NCBI GenBank assembly: GCA_041173845.1
Contig: JBEDHZ010000001.1
Location: forward strand, 425 to 64,424
Source: Pseudomonadota bacterium
Lineage (GTDB): Bacteria; Pseudomonadota; Gammaproteobacteria; Burkholderiales; Burkholderiaceae_D
DNA: 64,000 nucleotides
Reading direction: 5' to 3'
Part shown: positions 20,276 to 28,981 of the stretch, one piece after another
Numbering within the stretch: position 1 is the stretch's first letter
How the letters are laid out: the number at the start of each line of letters is the position of its first letter
Translations under genes and position numbers: made by a program
The notes under the pieces: model-generated
Database searches by the model: none
What the model saw: the letters and a program-made list of their open reading frames with translations, nothing else
What the model was told of the DNA's origin: nothing

Positions 20276-22342
20276 ATGAATTCCATCCTTAAACAAGCTG
20301 CATGGATAGCGCTTGCACTAATCGGCGCAATCTCACTGGGAACAGTGGCTCTCTCGCGTGGCGAGAGTATCAATGCGCTGTGGATCGTCGTTGCAGCTGT
20401 GGCCATCTACCTAATTGGCTATCGCTATTACGCACGCTTTATTGCCAACAGCGTTATGCAACTCGATGCCCTTCGCACGACACCTGCGGTTCGTTTGAAT
20501 GATGGATTGGATTACGTGCCCACTAACAAGCACGTACTGTTCGGACATCACTTTGCTGCTATCGCAGGTGCAGGTCCATTGGTTGGTCCAGTACTCGCAG
20601 CACAAATGGGTTACTTACCCGGCATGATGTGGATTCTGGTCGGGGCTATCTTAGCTGGCGCCGTTCAAGATTTCATGATCCTGTTTATCTCTACTCGACG
20701 CGATGGCCGATCGCTGGGTGATTTAATCAAATCAGAATTAGGATTAGTCCCCGGAGTAATTGCACTATTCGGCACATTCATGATCATGACAATTTTGCTC
20801 GCGGTGCTGGCTTTAATTGTTGTGAAGGCTTTGGCTGAAAGCCCCTGGGGTACGTTTACCGTCGCAGCCACCATACCGATTGCTCTGTTTATGGGTGTGT
20901 ATAGCCGCTATATACGACCCGGCCGAGTTGGTGAAATATCGGTCATTGGTTTTATTCTTCTAATGGCCTCGATCGTCCTTGGTGGACAGGTCGCTGCTGA
21001 TCCCATTCTTGGCCCCATGTTTACGTTCAATGGAAAGCAGTTAACCTGGATGCTATTGGCGTACGGCGTGATTGCTTCGGTACTGCCAGTTTGGTTATTG
21101 CTGGCACCGCGTGATTACTTATCGACCTTCTTGAAAATTGGCGCCATCGTCGCGCTTGCGCTGGGCATTGTGTTTGTTGCTCCTCAACTCAAAATGCCAG
21201 CCGTCACCAAATTTATTGATGGAACTGGTCCCGTTTGGGCCGGCAACATGTTCCCCTTCTTGTTTATTACCATCGCCTGTGGCGCGGTATCTGGTTTTCA
21301 TTCACTGATTTCATCTGGAACAACGCCGAAGTTACTCGAGAATGAAATGCATGCTCCCTACATTGGCTATGGCGGCATGTTGATGGAGTCCTTCGTTGCC
21401 ATCATGGCGCTGGTTGCAGCATCCATCATTGAACCGGGTGTTTACTTTGCAATGAACAGCCCCGCCGCACTGATCGGCACGACCCCCGAAAGCGCAGCAG
21501 CCGCGATCAGCCAGTGGGGATTCATGATCACTCCAGAAATGTTGCAACAAACCGCTGACAATGTGGGTGAAGCCACGATCATCTCGCGCACTGGTGGCGC
21601 GCCGACCTTAGCTGTTGGTATGGCGAGCATCTTTGCTTCCGTACTTGGTGGACCGGCACTGATGGCCTTCTGGTATCACTTTGCGATTCTGTTCGAAGCC
21701 TTATTCATTTTGACGGCTGTCGATGCGGGCACGCGTGTCGGTCGCTTCATGTTGCAAGATCTGATCGGCACCTTGGTACCTTCGTTTAAAAATATTCATG
21801 GGCTCGCGTCGAACATCATCGCTACGCTATTGTGCGTCGCCGCTTGGGGATACTTCCTCTACCAAGGTGTTATCGATCCTCTGGGAGGCATCAACACGCT
21901 CTGGCCACTGTTTGGTATTTCGAATCAAATGCTGGCCGCTATTGCGCTGATATTGGCGACAGTCGTTCTTTTCAAACTTAAGCGCGAGAAATTTGCGTGG
22001 GTGACTTTGGTACCGACAACCTGGCTTTTGATTTGCACCTTAACTGCAGGCTATCAAAAACTATTTCATGAAAATCCACGTATAGGATTTCTGGCTCACG
22101 CCAGCAAATTCAAAGCAGCTGCGGCCGAGGGGCAACTACTAGCACCGGCAAAATCGGCGGCTCAGATGCAGCAGATAATTGTGAATGACTATATCGATGC
22201 CACCCTGGCGGCTATTTTTATGGTCGTCGTGCTATCTGTACTGTTCTACGGCGTCCGCGCTTGTCTGCAAGCCCTTAGAGACCAGGAACCGAGCACCCAT
22301 GAAGCGGATGCAACTGCGCCTATTGGCTCAGCTAGTGCCTGA
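20276..22342 (+). CDS. cstA: Carbon starvation protein A family transporter (CstA/BtsT-like)
   Basis: DGLDYVPT, FGHHFAAIAGAGPLVGP, APRDYLS, ACGAVSGFH, RTGGAPTLAVG; polytopic membrane protein. Confidence 0.96.
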   Translation: MNSILKQAAWIALALIGAISLGTVALSRGESINALWIVVAAVAIYLIGYRYYARFIANSVMQLDALRTTPAVRLNDGLDYVPTNKHVLFGHHFAAIAGAGPLVGPVLAAQMGYLPGMMWILVGAILAGAVQDFMILFISTRRDGRSLGDLIKSELGLVPGVIALFGTFMIMTILLAVLALIVVKALAESPWGTFTVAATIPIALFMGVYSRYIRPGRVGEISVIGFILLMASIVLGGQVAADPILGPMFTFNGKQLTWMLLAYGVIASVLPVWLLLAPRDYLSTFLKIGAIVALALGIVFVAPQLKMPAVTKFIDGTGPVWAGNMFPFLFITIACGAVSGFHSLISSGTTPKLLENEMHAPYIGYGGMLMESFVAIMALVAASIIEPGVYFAMNSPAALIGTTPESAAAAISQWGFMITPEMLQQTADNVGEATIISRTGGAPTLAVGMASIFASVLGGPALMAFWYHFAILFEALFILTAVDAGTRVGRFMLQDLIGTLVPSFKNIHGLASNIIATLLCVAAWGYFLYQGVIDPLGGINTLWPLFGISNQMLAAIALILATVVLFKLKREKFAWVTLVPTTWLLICTLTAGYQKLFHENPRIGFLAHASKFKAAAAEGQLLAPAKSAAQMQQIIVNDYIDATLAAIFMVVVLSVLFYGVRACLQALRDQEPSTHEADATAPIGSASA

Positions 22343-22364
22343 TCCTAAGATTGCGAAAAATATC

Positions 22365-22565
22365 ATGCTAGATGAACTTGGAAAGCTAGGCTCGTATCTC
22401 GGACAGACTGCCAGACTAATGGTGGGTCTGCCTGATTACGACAATTATCTTAATCACATGGAAAATACTCATCCTGATCAAGCTGTGATGACTTACGAAG
22501 AGTTTTTCCGGGAACGACAAGACGCCCGCTACGGCGGTAATGGCCGGATTGCACGTTGTTGTTAA
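22365..22565 (+). CDS. YbdD/YjiX family small protein
   Basis: ARLMVGLPDYDNYLNHM...HPD...YEEFFRERQDARYGG..RCC; usual partner downstream of cstA. Start trimmed to ATG 22365. Confidence 0.92.
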   Translation: MLDELGKLGSYLGQTARLMVGLPDYDNYLNHMENTHPDQAVMTYEEFFRERQDARYGGNGRIARCC

Positions 22566-22646
22566 GCCAGCCTAAGGAAGCTTAGCAAGCGCTTTCAGGC
22601 GGCTTTAATGCTGCAGCCGCCTATAAATACAGCAGCCCACTAATGG

Positions 22647-22682
22647 AAAAAGCCCGAAGTCACAAAGACTCCGGGCTTTTTT
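22647..22682. terminator. Bidirectional rho-independent terminator between cstA-ybdD and tRNA-Thr
   Basis: AAAAAGCCCGaAGTC-acaaa-GACTcCGGGCTTTTTT; a second hairpin GGCGGCT...AGCCGCC lies at 22598-22621. Confidence 0.8.
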
Positions 22683-22685
22683 GTT

Positions 22686-22761
22686 TGGTGCCGACTGCAG
22701 GACTTGAACCCGCCACCCCATGATTACAAATCAAGTGCTCTACCAGATGAGCTAAGCCGGC
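22686..22761 (-). tRNA. tRNA-Thr (anticodon UGU)
   Basis: 76 nt, GCCGGCTTAGCTCATCTGGTAGAGCACTTGATTTGTAATCATGGGGTGGCGGGTTCAAGTCCTGCAGTCGGCACCA; cloverleaf folds by hand, with TTCAAGT T-loop and encoded CCA. Confidence 0.95.
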
Positions 22762-22784
22762 TAAAAATCAGACGAGATTATACG

Positions 22785-23294
22785 TTATTTAATCCGGGTA
22801 AGCTTCGGTTTGCCATGGTTCTTTGGTGGATCCGGATCAGGCTTGTCATCGTCATCTCTAGGAACTGACGCCAGCACTGAAGTCAAAACGGGCGCTCCCT
22901 GCACTCGCTCGGTATCTGAACTGAGTTTGGCTGCCTGTAATTTCTTAGCATCGGGCTTTTTTTTCCGCTCTTGCTGGTCTTCGCGCTTGACCTCAAACGC
23001 CATACCTTGGCCATTTTCTCGAGCGTAAATCGCACTCACGTTTTCCACAGGCAGTACTATTTCGCGCGCCACCCCACCAAACCGCGCCTTGAAATGGATA
23101 AAGTCATTATCCATCTTAAGATTACCGGTCGCATCAAAGCTGATGTTGAGAACAATCTCACCATTTTTCACAAACTCAGCTGGAACGATGGTTTTCGTAT
23201 CAACCGCCACCACAATATAGGGGGTGTACCCATTATCGGTACACCACTCATACAGCGCTCGCAGCAGATAGGGTTTGGTCGAAGTTTCTGACAT
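22785..23294 (-). CDS. sspB: ClpXP adaptor, stringent starvation protein B
   Basis: KPYLLRALYEWCTDNGYTPY, GEIVLNIS, ARFGG, YARENGQGM; C-terminal KPKLTRIK tail. Confidence 0.96.
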   Translation of the reverse strand: MSETSTKPYLLRALYEWCTDNGYTPYIVVAVDTKTIVPAEFVKNGEIVLNISFDATGNLKMDNDFIHFKARFGGVAREIVLPVENVSAIYARENGQGMAFEVKREDQQERKKKPDAKKLQAAKLSSDTERVQGAPVLTSVLASVPRDDDDKPDPDPPKNHGKPKLTRIK

Positions 23295-23315
23295 ACCGTG
23301 GCTCAGATATCGCTA

Positions 23316-23927
23316 TTAGCGACGCATAACCTTTTCGGATGGCGTCAGTGCTTCAATGTAGGCCGGACGAGAAAAAATACGTTCCGCATATTTCATTAAG
23401 GGTGCGGCTGTTTTTGACAACTCCACGCCATAATGATCAAGACGCCATAACAAAGGCGCGATGGCTACGTCGAGCATTGAGAACTCTTCGCCGAGCATGT
23501 ATTTATTTTTTAAGAATAAAGGCGCCAGCGTCGTTAAGCGGTCGCGAATTTCATTGCGCGCTTTTTCATGGCTTTTTTCTGCTGAGCGCGATTTTTCATT
23601 CTCGAGAGAGTGCACGTGCACAAATAATTCTTTTTCAAAGTTGAACAACATCAAACGAGCACGCGCACGCATCAACGGATCAGCTGGCATCAATTGAGGA
23701 TGTGGGAAGCGTTCATCGATGTATTCATTGATGATGTTCGACTCGTACAGAACGAGCTCACGCTCAACCAGAATCGGAACCTGGCCATACGGATTCATGG
23801 TCGAAATATCTTCTGGCTTATTAAACAAATCCACGTCGCGAATTTCAAAGTCCATTCCTTTTTCAAAAAGGACCAGACGGCAGCGTTGTGAAAATGGGCA
23901 CGTTGTACCCGAATAGAGAACCATCAT
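23316..23927 (-). CDS. sspA: Stringent starvation protein A (GST-like)
   Basis: MMVLYSGTTCPFSQRCR, NPYGQVP, LYESNIINEYIDERFPHP. Confidence 0.96.
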   Translation of the reverse strand: MMVLYSGTTCPFSQRCRLVLFEKGMDFEIRDVDLFNKPEDISTMNPYGQVPILVERELVLYESNIINEYIDERFPHPQLMPADPLMRARARLMLFNFEKELFVHVHSLENEKSRSAEKSHEKARNEIRDRLTTLAPLFLKNKYMLGEEFSMLDVAIAPLLWRLDHYGVELSKTAAPLMKYAERIFSRPAYIEALTPSEKVMRR

Positions 23928-23951
23928 TTTTGCAGTTCCTTGGAAACAAAG

Positions 23952-23980
23952 AGGGTGAGACAGCGACTGCGCCTCACCCT
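23952..23980 (-). terminator. Terminator-like hairpin between petC and sspA
   Basis: On the minus strand, AGGGTGAG-N13-CTCACCCT followed by CTTTGTTT. Confidence 0.5.
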
Positions 23981-24063
23981 GCTGACGAATATTCTGCTTT
24001 TGGCTAAGGCCTGTTTTTGTTTTTAATCAAAACATCTTGCAGGGCACGACAAAACAGAACCTG

Positions 24064-24828
24064 TTATTTGACTTCTTTCCAGAAAGACGCATTCAAACGC
24101 CAGGTCAGAAATACCAAAATAGACATGAACAACAAAACCCACACACCGAGTTGCTGACGCTTGTTTTTTACTGGCTCACTCATCCAAGCCATAAAGCCAA
24201 CCAAATCGGCGATCTGAGTGTCATAGGCTTGTGAGCTGAGTTTTCCGGGCTTGATCTGCTCAAAGCCTTCAAACTTGTGCACAGTCTTGGACTCATCGTG
24301 CGGATCCTTCTCTTCAACAAATTTCGCCTTACGAACACCCTGCAAATCCCACAACACATGCGGCATGGCGACGTTGGGATAAACCAGGTTATTCCAGCCA
24401 GTGGCACGACTTGGATCTTTGTAATAAGTGCGCAAATACGTGTAAACGTAGTCAGCACCCGAACCTTGGCCCGATGCCTTGGCTCGCACGATCACTGACA
24501 AGTCAGGAGGAACAGCTCCAAACCATGCTTTGGCATCTTTTTCGGCCAAACTGACTTTCATCAGATCACCTACTTTTTCAGAGGTGAAAAGTAAGTTAGC
24601 TCGAATTTGATCGTCTGACAAACCAATGTCACGCAAGCGGTTGTAACGTACCAATGATGCTGAGTGACAGTTCAAGCAATAGTTAACAAACAAACGCGCA
24701 CCATTTTGCAGGGCTGGCAGATCATTGCCTCGTTCTGGAGCGTGATCGAGGGGGAAGCCGCCCTCAGATGCGACAGCCAACAAAGGCACCAACGCTATCG
24801 TCGCGAGAAATTTTTTAAGCAGTTTCAT
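24064..24828 (-). CDS. petC: Cytochrome c1
   Basis: CLNCH heme motif, PPDLS, MPHVL, C-terminal TM helix. Confidence 0.96.
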   Translation of the reverse strand: MKLLKKFLATIALVPLLAVASEGGFPLDHAPERGNDLPALQNGARLFVNYCLNCHSASLVRYNRLRDIGLSDDQIRANLLFTSEKVGDLMKVSLAEKDAKAWFGAVPPDLSVIVRAKASGQGSGADYVYTYLRTYYKDPSRATGWNNLVYPNVAMPHVLWDLQGVRKAKFVEEKDPHDESKTVHKFEGFEQIKPGKLSSQAYDTQIADLVGFMAWMSEPVKNKRQQLGVWVLLFMSILVFLTWRLNASFWKEVK

Positions 24829-24848
24829 TCCTGTTTTCCTTTTGCGAC

Positions 24849-26252
24849 TTAGTGCGGATGAAATGTCACGCGACTTGGCACGGGTTTAAATTCACCCATT
24901 TGGCTCCACCAAGGCATCAGCAAGAAAAATCCAAAATAGATGAAGGTACAAACCTGCGAGACAAACGTGCCAATAGCTGTAGGTGCCTGCACACCGAGAT
25001 AGCCCAGTATCAAAAACGCGATACCAAACACGATGTAAACAATCTTGTGCCAATCAGGACGATAACGAATCGATTTGACGGGTGATAGATCTAGCCAGGG
25101 CATGCCCGCCAAAATCAATACCGATACGCCCATCAAAACCACACCCCAGAATTTTGCGTCAAATACCAGCATGGCGATGATCGCAACGCCTGCAATTCCC
25201 ATCACGGCGTTCTTTATCATCTGCGGCAATCGAGTCTTCAACACAATCAGTGCAGCATAGCCAGCCACACCCACCATCAACGCCAACATGAATTGCGAGG
25301 TGGTTGCGCGCAGAATCGAATAGTAAGGAGTGAAATACCAAACCGGTGCGATATGCGGAGGAGTCTTTAATGGATCCGCCGGGATGAAATTGTTGTATTC
25401 CAAGAAGTAGCCACCCATTTCAGGCGCAAAGAAAATGACTGCGCTGAAAATGAAGAGGAACACTGAAACACCAAAAATATCTTTGGTCGAGTAGTAAGGA
25501 TGCGATGGAATGGTATCGATACCATTTCCGTCAGGACCCAGATTATCTTTAACTTCGATGCCGTCTGGATTGTTAGAACCCACTTCATGCAAAGCAATCA
25601 AGTGCGCCACTACCAAGCCCAACAAAACCAAAGGAATAGCAATCACGTGAAACGCAAAGAAGCGATTCAACGTCGCATCAGAGACAACATAGTCACCGCG
25701 AATCCAGAGCGAAAGGTCAGGGCCAATAAAAGGAATTGCACCAAACAGGTTAACGATCACCTGTGCGCCCCAATATGACATCTGACCCCATGGCAATAGG
25801 TATCCGAAGAATGCTTCACCCATCAAACACAGGAAAATGCCCACTCCGAACAACCAAATCAATTCACGTGGCTTACGATACGAACCGTAGAGCAAGGCAC
25901 GCATCATGTGAAGATAAACCACGATAAAAAATGCCGAGGCGCCAGTGGAGTGCATGTAGCGAACCAGCCAACCCCATGGCACTTCGCGCATGATGTACTC
26001 AACTGATGCAAACGCGAGATTTGCATCTGGTTTGTAATTCATCACCAAGAAAATGCCAGTGACAATTTGAATGACTAACACCAAAGCTGCCAATGATCCA
26101 AACAGATAAAGAATATTGAAGTTCTTCGGTGCGTGATACTTGCCCCACTGATCATTCCAAAGCTTAGTTAACGGGAAGCGGGAATCAACCCAACCCAAAG
26201 CTTTCTGAGCTATCGGCGCATCTGCAGGTAGTTTTTTCTCGACAAAAGCCAT
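24849..26252 (-). CDS. petB: Cytochrome b
   Basis: RYMHSTGAS, YLLPWGQMSYWGAQV, RFFAFH, PVWYF (PEWY equivalent). Confidence 0.97.
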   Translation of the reverse strand: MAFVEKKLPADAPIAQKALGWVDSRFPLTKLWNDQWGKYHAPKNFNILYLFGSLAALVLVIQIVTGIFLVMNYKPDANLAFASVEYIMREVPWGWLVRYMHSTGASAFFIVVYLHMMRALLYGSYRKPRELIWLFGVGIFLCLMGEAFFGYLLPWGQMSYWGAQVIVNLFGAIPFIGPDLSLWIRGDYVVSDATLNRFFAFHVIAIPLVLLGLVVAHLIALHEVGSNNPDGIEVKDNLGPDGNGIDTIPSHPYYSTKDIFGVSVFLFIFSAVIFFAPEMGGYFLEYNNFIPADPLKTPPHIAPVWYFTPYYSILRATTSQFMLALMVGVAGYAALIVLKTRLPQMIKNAVMGIAGVAIIAMLVFDAKFWGVVLMGVSVLILAGMPWLDLSPVKSIRYRPDWHKIVYIVFGIAFLILGYLGVQAPTAIGTFVSQVCTFIYFGFFLLMPWWSQMGEFKPVPSRVTFHPH

Positions 26253-26254
26253 GA

Positions 26255-26863
26255 TTACGCCTCGCCTTTCTCGTCTTTACCAATCGCGATACGGGTTTCG
26301 CTCAGATACATATGGCGAGGAACCTGAAGGTTGTCTGGTGCGGGTTTGTTTTTATAAACGCGACCAGCCAAGTCAAATGTAGAGCCGTGGCATGGGCATA
26401 AAAATCCGCCCGCCCAATCATCCGGCAAGGAAGGTTGAGCGCCCGTCTGAAACTTAGTCGATGGCGAGCAGCCCAAGTGTGAACAAATACCCACCGCCAC
26501 CAGAATCTCTGGCTTGATTGAGCGATATTCGTTGCGTGCGTAGGCAGGAGTCAGATCATCGGCATTACGCTCAGATTTAGGATCAGCCACCAGTGCATCG
26601 GTTTTCTTGAGCGAAGAAACCATCTCAGGGGTGCGTTTAATCACCCAGACCGGTTTACCGCGCCATTCAACAGTTTTCATTTCGCCTGGTTTGAGATCGG
26701 CAATGTCGATCTCAACGGGCGCACCCGCGGCCTTTGCTCGCTCAGATGGTTCAAACGTCGACACGAAGGCAGCAGTCGCTGCCAAACCCGCCACGCCGCC
26801 GGCAGCACAGGTTGCGACCAACAAGCCACGACGGCTTGAGTCGACCTGATTTTCGTCACTCAT
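26255..26863 (-). CDS. petA: Rieske iron-sulfur subunit of the bc1 complex
   Basis: Tat-type SRRGLL, CSHLGC and CPCHGS. Start trimmed to ATG 26863. Confidence 0.96.
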   Translation of the reverse strand: MSDENQVDSSRRGLLVATCAAGGVAGLAATAAFVSTFEPSERAKAAGAPVEIDIADLKPGEMKTVEWRGKPVWVIKRTPEMVSSLKKTDALVADPKSERNADDLTPAYARNEYRSIKPEILVAVGICSHLGCSPSTKFQTGAQPSLPDDWAGGFLCPCHGSTFDLAGRVYKNKPAPDNLQVPRHMYLSETRIAIGKDEKGEA

Positions 26864-26918
26864 AACAACCCCAATCGATGAAATTGCAAAATTTGTACGG
26901 AACTTCCCATAACCCGCC

Positions 26919-26947
26919 ATTATAGCGGAGCGCCTTTTTTCTTTCAA
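26919..26947 (-). promoter_or_regulatory. Sigma70-type promoter of petABC
   Basis: Minus strand TTGAAA (26947-26942), 17-nt spacer, TATAAT (26924-26919), about 55 nt above the petA ATG. Confidence 0.7.
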
Positions 26948-27014
26948 AGAAACACGAGAAAACCTGCACTTTTAAGGAGGTGCAGATCAAAGGGCGGGGT
27001 TTGGGGCTGTGAGA

Positions 27015-27041
27015 TGGTATTTAATTGGCAATTAAATACCA
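27015..27041. repeat. AT-rich palindrome with 13-bp perfect arms
   Basis: TGGTATTTAATTG-G-CAATTAAATACCA. Confidence 0.75.
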
Positions 27042-27059
27042 CATCGTAGGTCAGTTATG

Positions 27060-27779
27060 TCAGTCAGCTTCGACTGGCCTATCGGAAGTCTGAGCAAAAC
27101 TATCCACTGGAAGCAGGCCCCGGCGACGCGCTTCATAAACGGCCTCCCCCCTAGAGTGAACAGAGAGCTTGCCGTAAATATGCTTGATATGGGTTTGAAC
27201 GGTACCAATAGAGAGCCCTAAGGCGCTTGCCACCTTTGCATACGAGCTACCCCGCGCAATGAGTTGCAAAATCGCCGCCTCGCGCCGCGTCAGTGAATTC
27301 CAACTTGACCGCACCGGATCGGCTAGCAAGTTGCTCTGCAAACGCATACGCGTGAGGACTTTGCGCGCAATCACAGGACTGATGGGAGAACCGCCGTTGA
27401 GTACTTCAAGTAAGGCGCGCACCACTTCTTTATGGCCCGTCTCCTTGAGTACGTAACCGGAGGCGCCCGCTTCAATGCAGGCCAACACCTGATCTTCATC
27501 GGACGACATTGTGATCACCATAATGTCAGCCTGGGGATTAAGTCGTCGACACGCATCGATAACAATCAAGCCCGAGCCATCCGGAAATCCAAGGTCAGTT
27601 AACAACAAATCACATTGATTTAACTCCAGCCAAACCAATGCATTCGCCACCGTGCTGCACGAACCTGCGAGCAACAAGGACGATTCCAGTTCAATAGCAT
27701 TACAAAGAAGACGGCGAGTAACCGCATCATCTTCTACAACCATCACTCTGGCACGATACGAAGGTGAGATACAACGCAT
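27060..27779 (-). CDS. NarL/FixJ (LuxR-HTH) family response regulator, orphan
   Basis: Canonical receiver (VEDD, LTDLGFPD, ITM, YVLK) and LuxR HTH (LTRREAAILQLIARG.S...VA..LGLS.GTVQTHIKHIYGKL.V..R.EAV). Confidence 0.93.
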   Translation of the reverse strand: MRCISPSYRARVMVVEDDAVTRRLLCNAIELESSLLLAGSCSTVANALVWLELNQCDLLLTDLGFPDGSGLIVIDACRRLNPQADIMVITMSSDEDQVLACIEAGASGYVLKETGHKEVVRALLEVLNGGSPISPVIARKVLTRMRLQSNLLADPVRSSWNSLTRREAAILQLIARGSSYAKVASALGLSIGTVQTHIKHIYGKLSVHSRGEAVYEARRRGLLPVDSFAQTSDRPVEAD

Positions 27780-27859
27780 GATAAAAATTTAACCAAACTA
27801 GCAGGAATGTCATCGGTGGGCATTCGCTGCACTTTAGTTCCAAAAATATACGCGAGGAA

Positions 27860-27983
27860 ATGCTGATTTATTGTGAATTTTATGGCGAGCGAGCGCAGCT
27901 ATACGACGCGTAGCCAAGGGAATCAAGGGCTTAGCTTCAACTCATTACTCGAAAAATGTTTTAGTTTTATTTAATCAGCGCTT
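27860..27983. repeat. Dispersed ~124-bp MITE/ERIC-like repeat, copy A
   Basis: Ungapped match to 31652-31775; 73/89 identical over the first 89 nt (hand count); imperfect AT-rich terminal inverted repeats. Confidence 0.8.
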
Positions 27984-28085
27984 AATTAAAAATCTTTTTT
28001 GATCGCTTTTAAACAAAAATCTCGCAAGCCCGCCAAACTAACTAAAAAATAATGGCCACATCACGCGAAAAACGAATGACGATTC

Positions 28086-28111
28086 ATTTAATTGAGTAAC
28101 TACAATTAAAT
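28086..28111. repeat. Spaced palindrome with the same 9-bp arms as 27019-27037
   Basis: ATTTAATTG-AGTAACTA-CAATTAAAT. Confidence 0.7.
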
Positions 28112-28197
28112 TCGGAAAAGTGAAGAAAGTCGACAATCGACCACTCAGCTATATTTTCGGACACTGTTTTCAGCACACAAACGAAAAAATAATCGCT

Positions 28198-28962
28198 TTA
28201 AACCGGATTATGGATATCTATGAATTGGTGGCGTATACCCAATTGTTTTGCAACATGCTCACCCAATGCCTGAACACCATAGCGCTCGGTCGCATGATGG
28301 CCGCACGAAAGATAGGGCACGCCCGATTCACGTGACAAATGGACTGTCTGCTCGGAAATTTCACCGCTAATGTAAACATCAGCTCCCGCATTAATTGCAT
28401 CGGCGAACATACTTTGTGCAGCGCCGGTACACCACGCTACTTGATTCAATAATTTATCTGGATCGCCAATCAGCATGGGCTCACGCCCTAAAATTTTTTG
28501 TATGTGATTTACAAGATCGCCAGTAGTTTTTATGTTGGCCTGAGGTTGACCTATCCATCCGAGATCCTGATCACCAAAACGTGAGGCGGGTTGAAATCCT
28601 AACAAGCCACCTAGTTGTGCGTTATTACCAAGCACAGCATGCGCATCCAGCGGTAAGTGATATGCATATAAATTCACCTCGTGTGCCAGCAAAAGTTGTA
28701 GACGACGTTTTAGTGGACCCACTACTCGCGCATCTTCTCCGCGCCAAAAATAACCATGATGTACGATCACCGCATCCGCACCCGCCTCAATCGCAGCCTC
28801 CAATAAAGCGATACTCGCTGTTACACCGCTGACGATCAAACCAACACGGTCTTTACCTTCAACTTGAAGACCGTTTGGGCAATAGTCACGAAAACGGGTA
28901 ATATCGAGCTCACTGGCAAGAAAATTTGTCAGCTCGTCGCGTGGCACGATCTTCGAATTCAT
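28198..28962 (-). CDS. Nif3-like dinuclear metal centre protein (YbgI family)
   Basis: [36 protein letters not shown]. Start trimmed to ATG 28962. Confidence 0.95.
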   Translation of the reverse strand: MNSKIVPRDELTNFLASELDITRFRDYCPNGLQVEGKDRVGLIVSGVTASIALLEAAIEAGADAVIVHHGYFWRGEDARVVGPLKRRLQLLLAHEVNLYAYHLPLDAHAVLGNNAQLGGLLGFQPASRFGDQDLGWIGQPQANIKTTGDLVNHIQKILGREPMLIGDPDKLLNQVAWCTGAAQSMFADAINAGADVYISGEISEQTVHLSRESGVPYLSCGHHATERYGVQALGEHVAKQLGIRHQFIDIHNPV

Positions 28963-28981
28963 CTCTTTCCCTTTTTCTAGT

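Noticed and set aside
22557-22565. Selenocysteine recoding at the YbdD/YjiX C-terminus
   Set aside because: The codons are TGT TGT TAA, with no in-frame TGA.
18600-22761. Integrative element at tRNA-Thr (attL/attR)
   Set aside because: No second copy of the tRNA 3' end near the ubiX boundary and no integrase.
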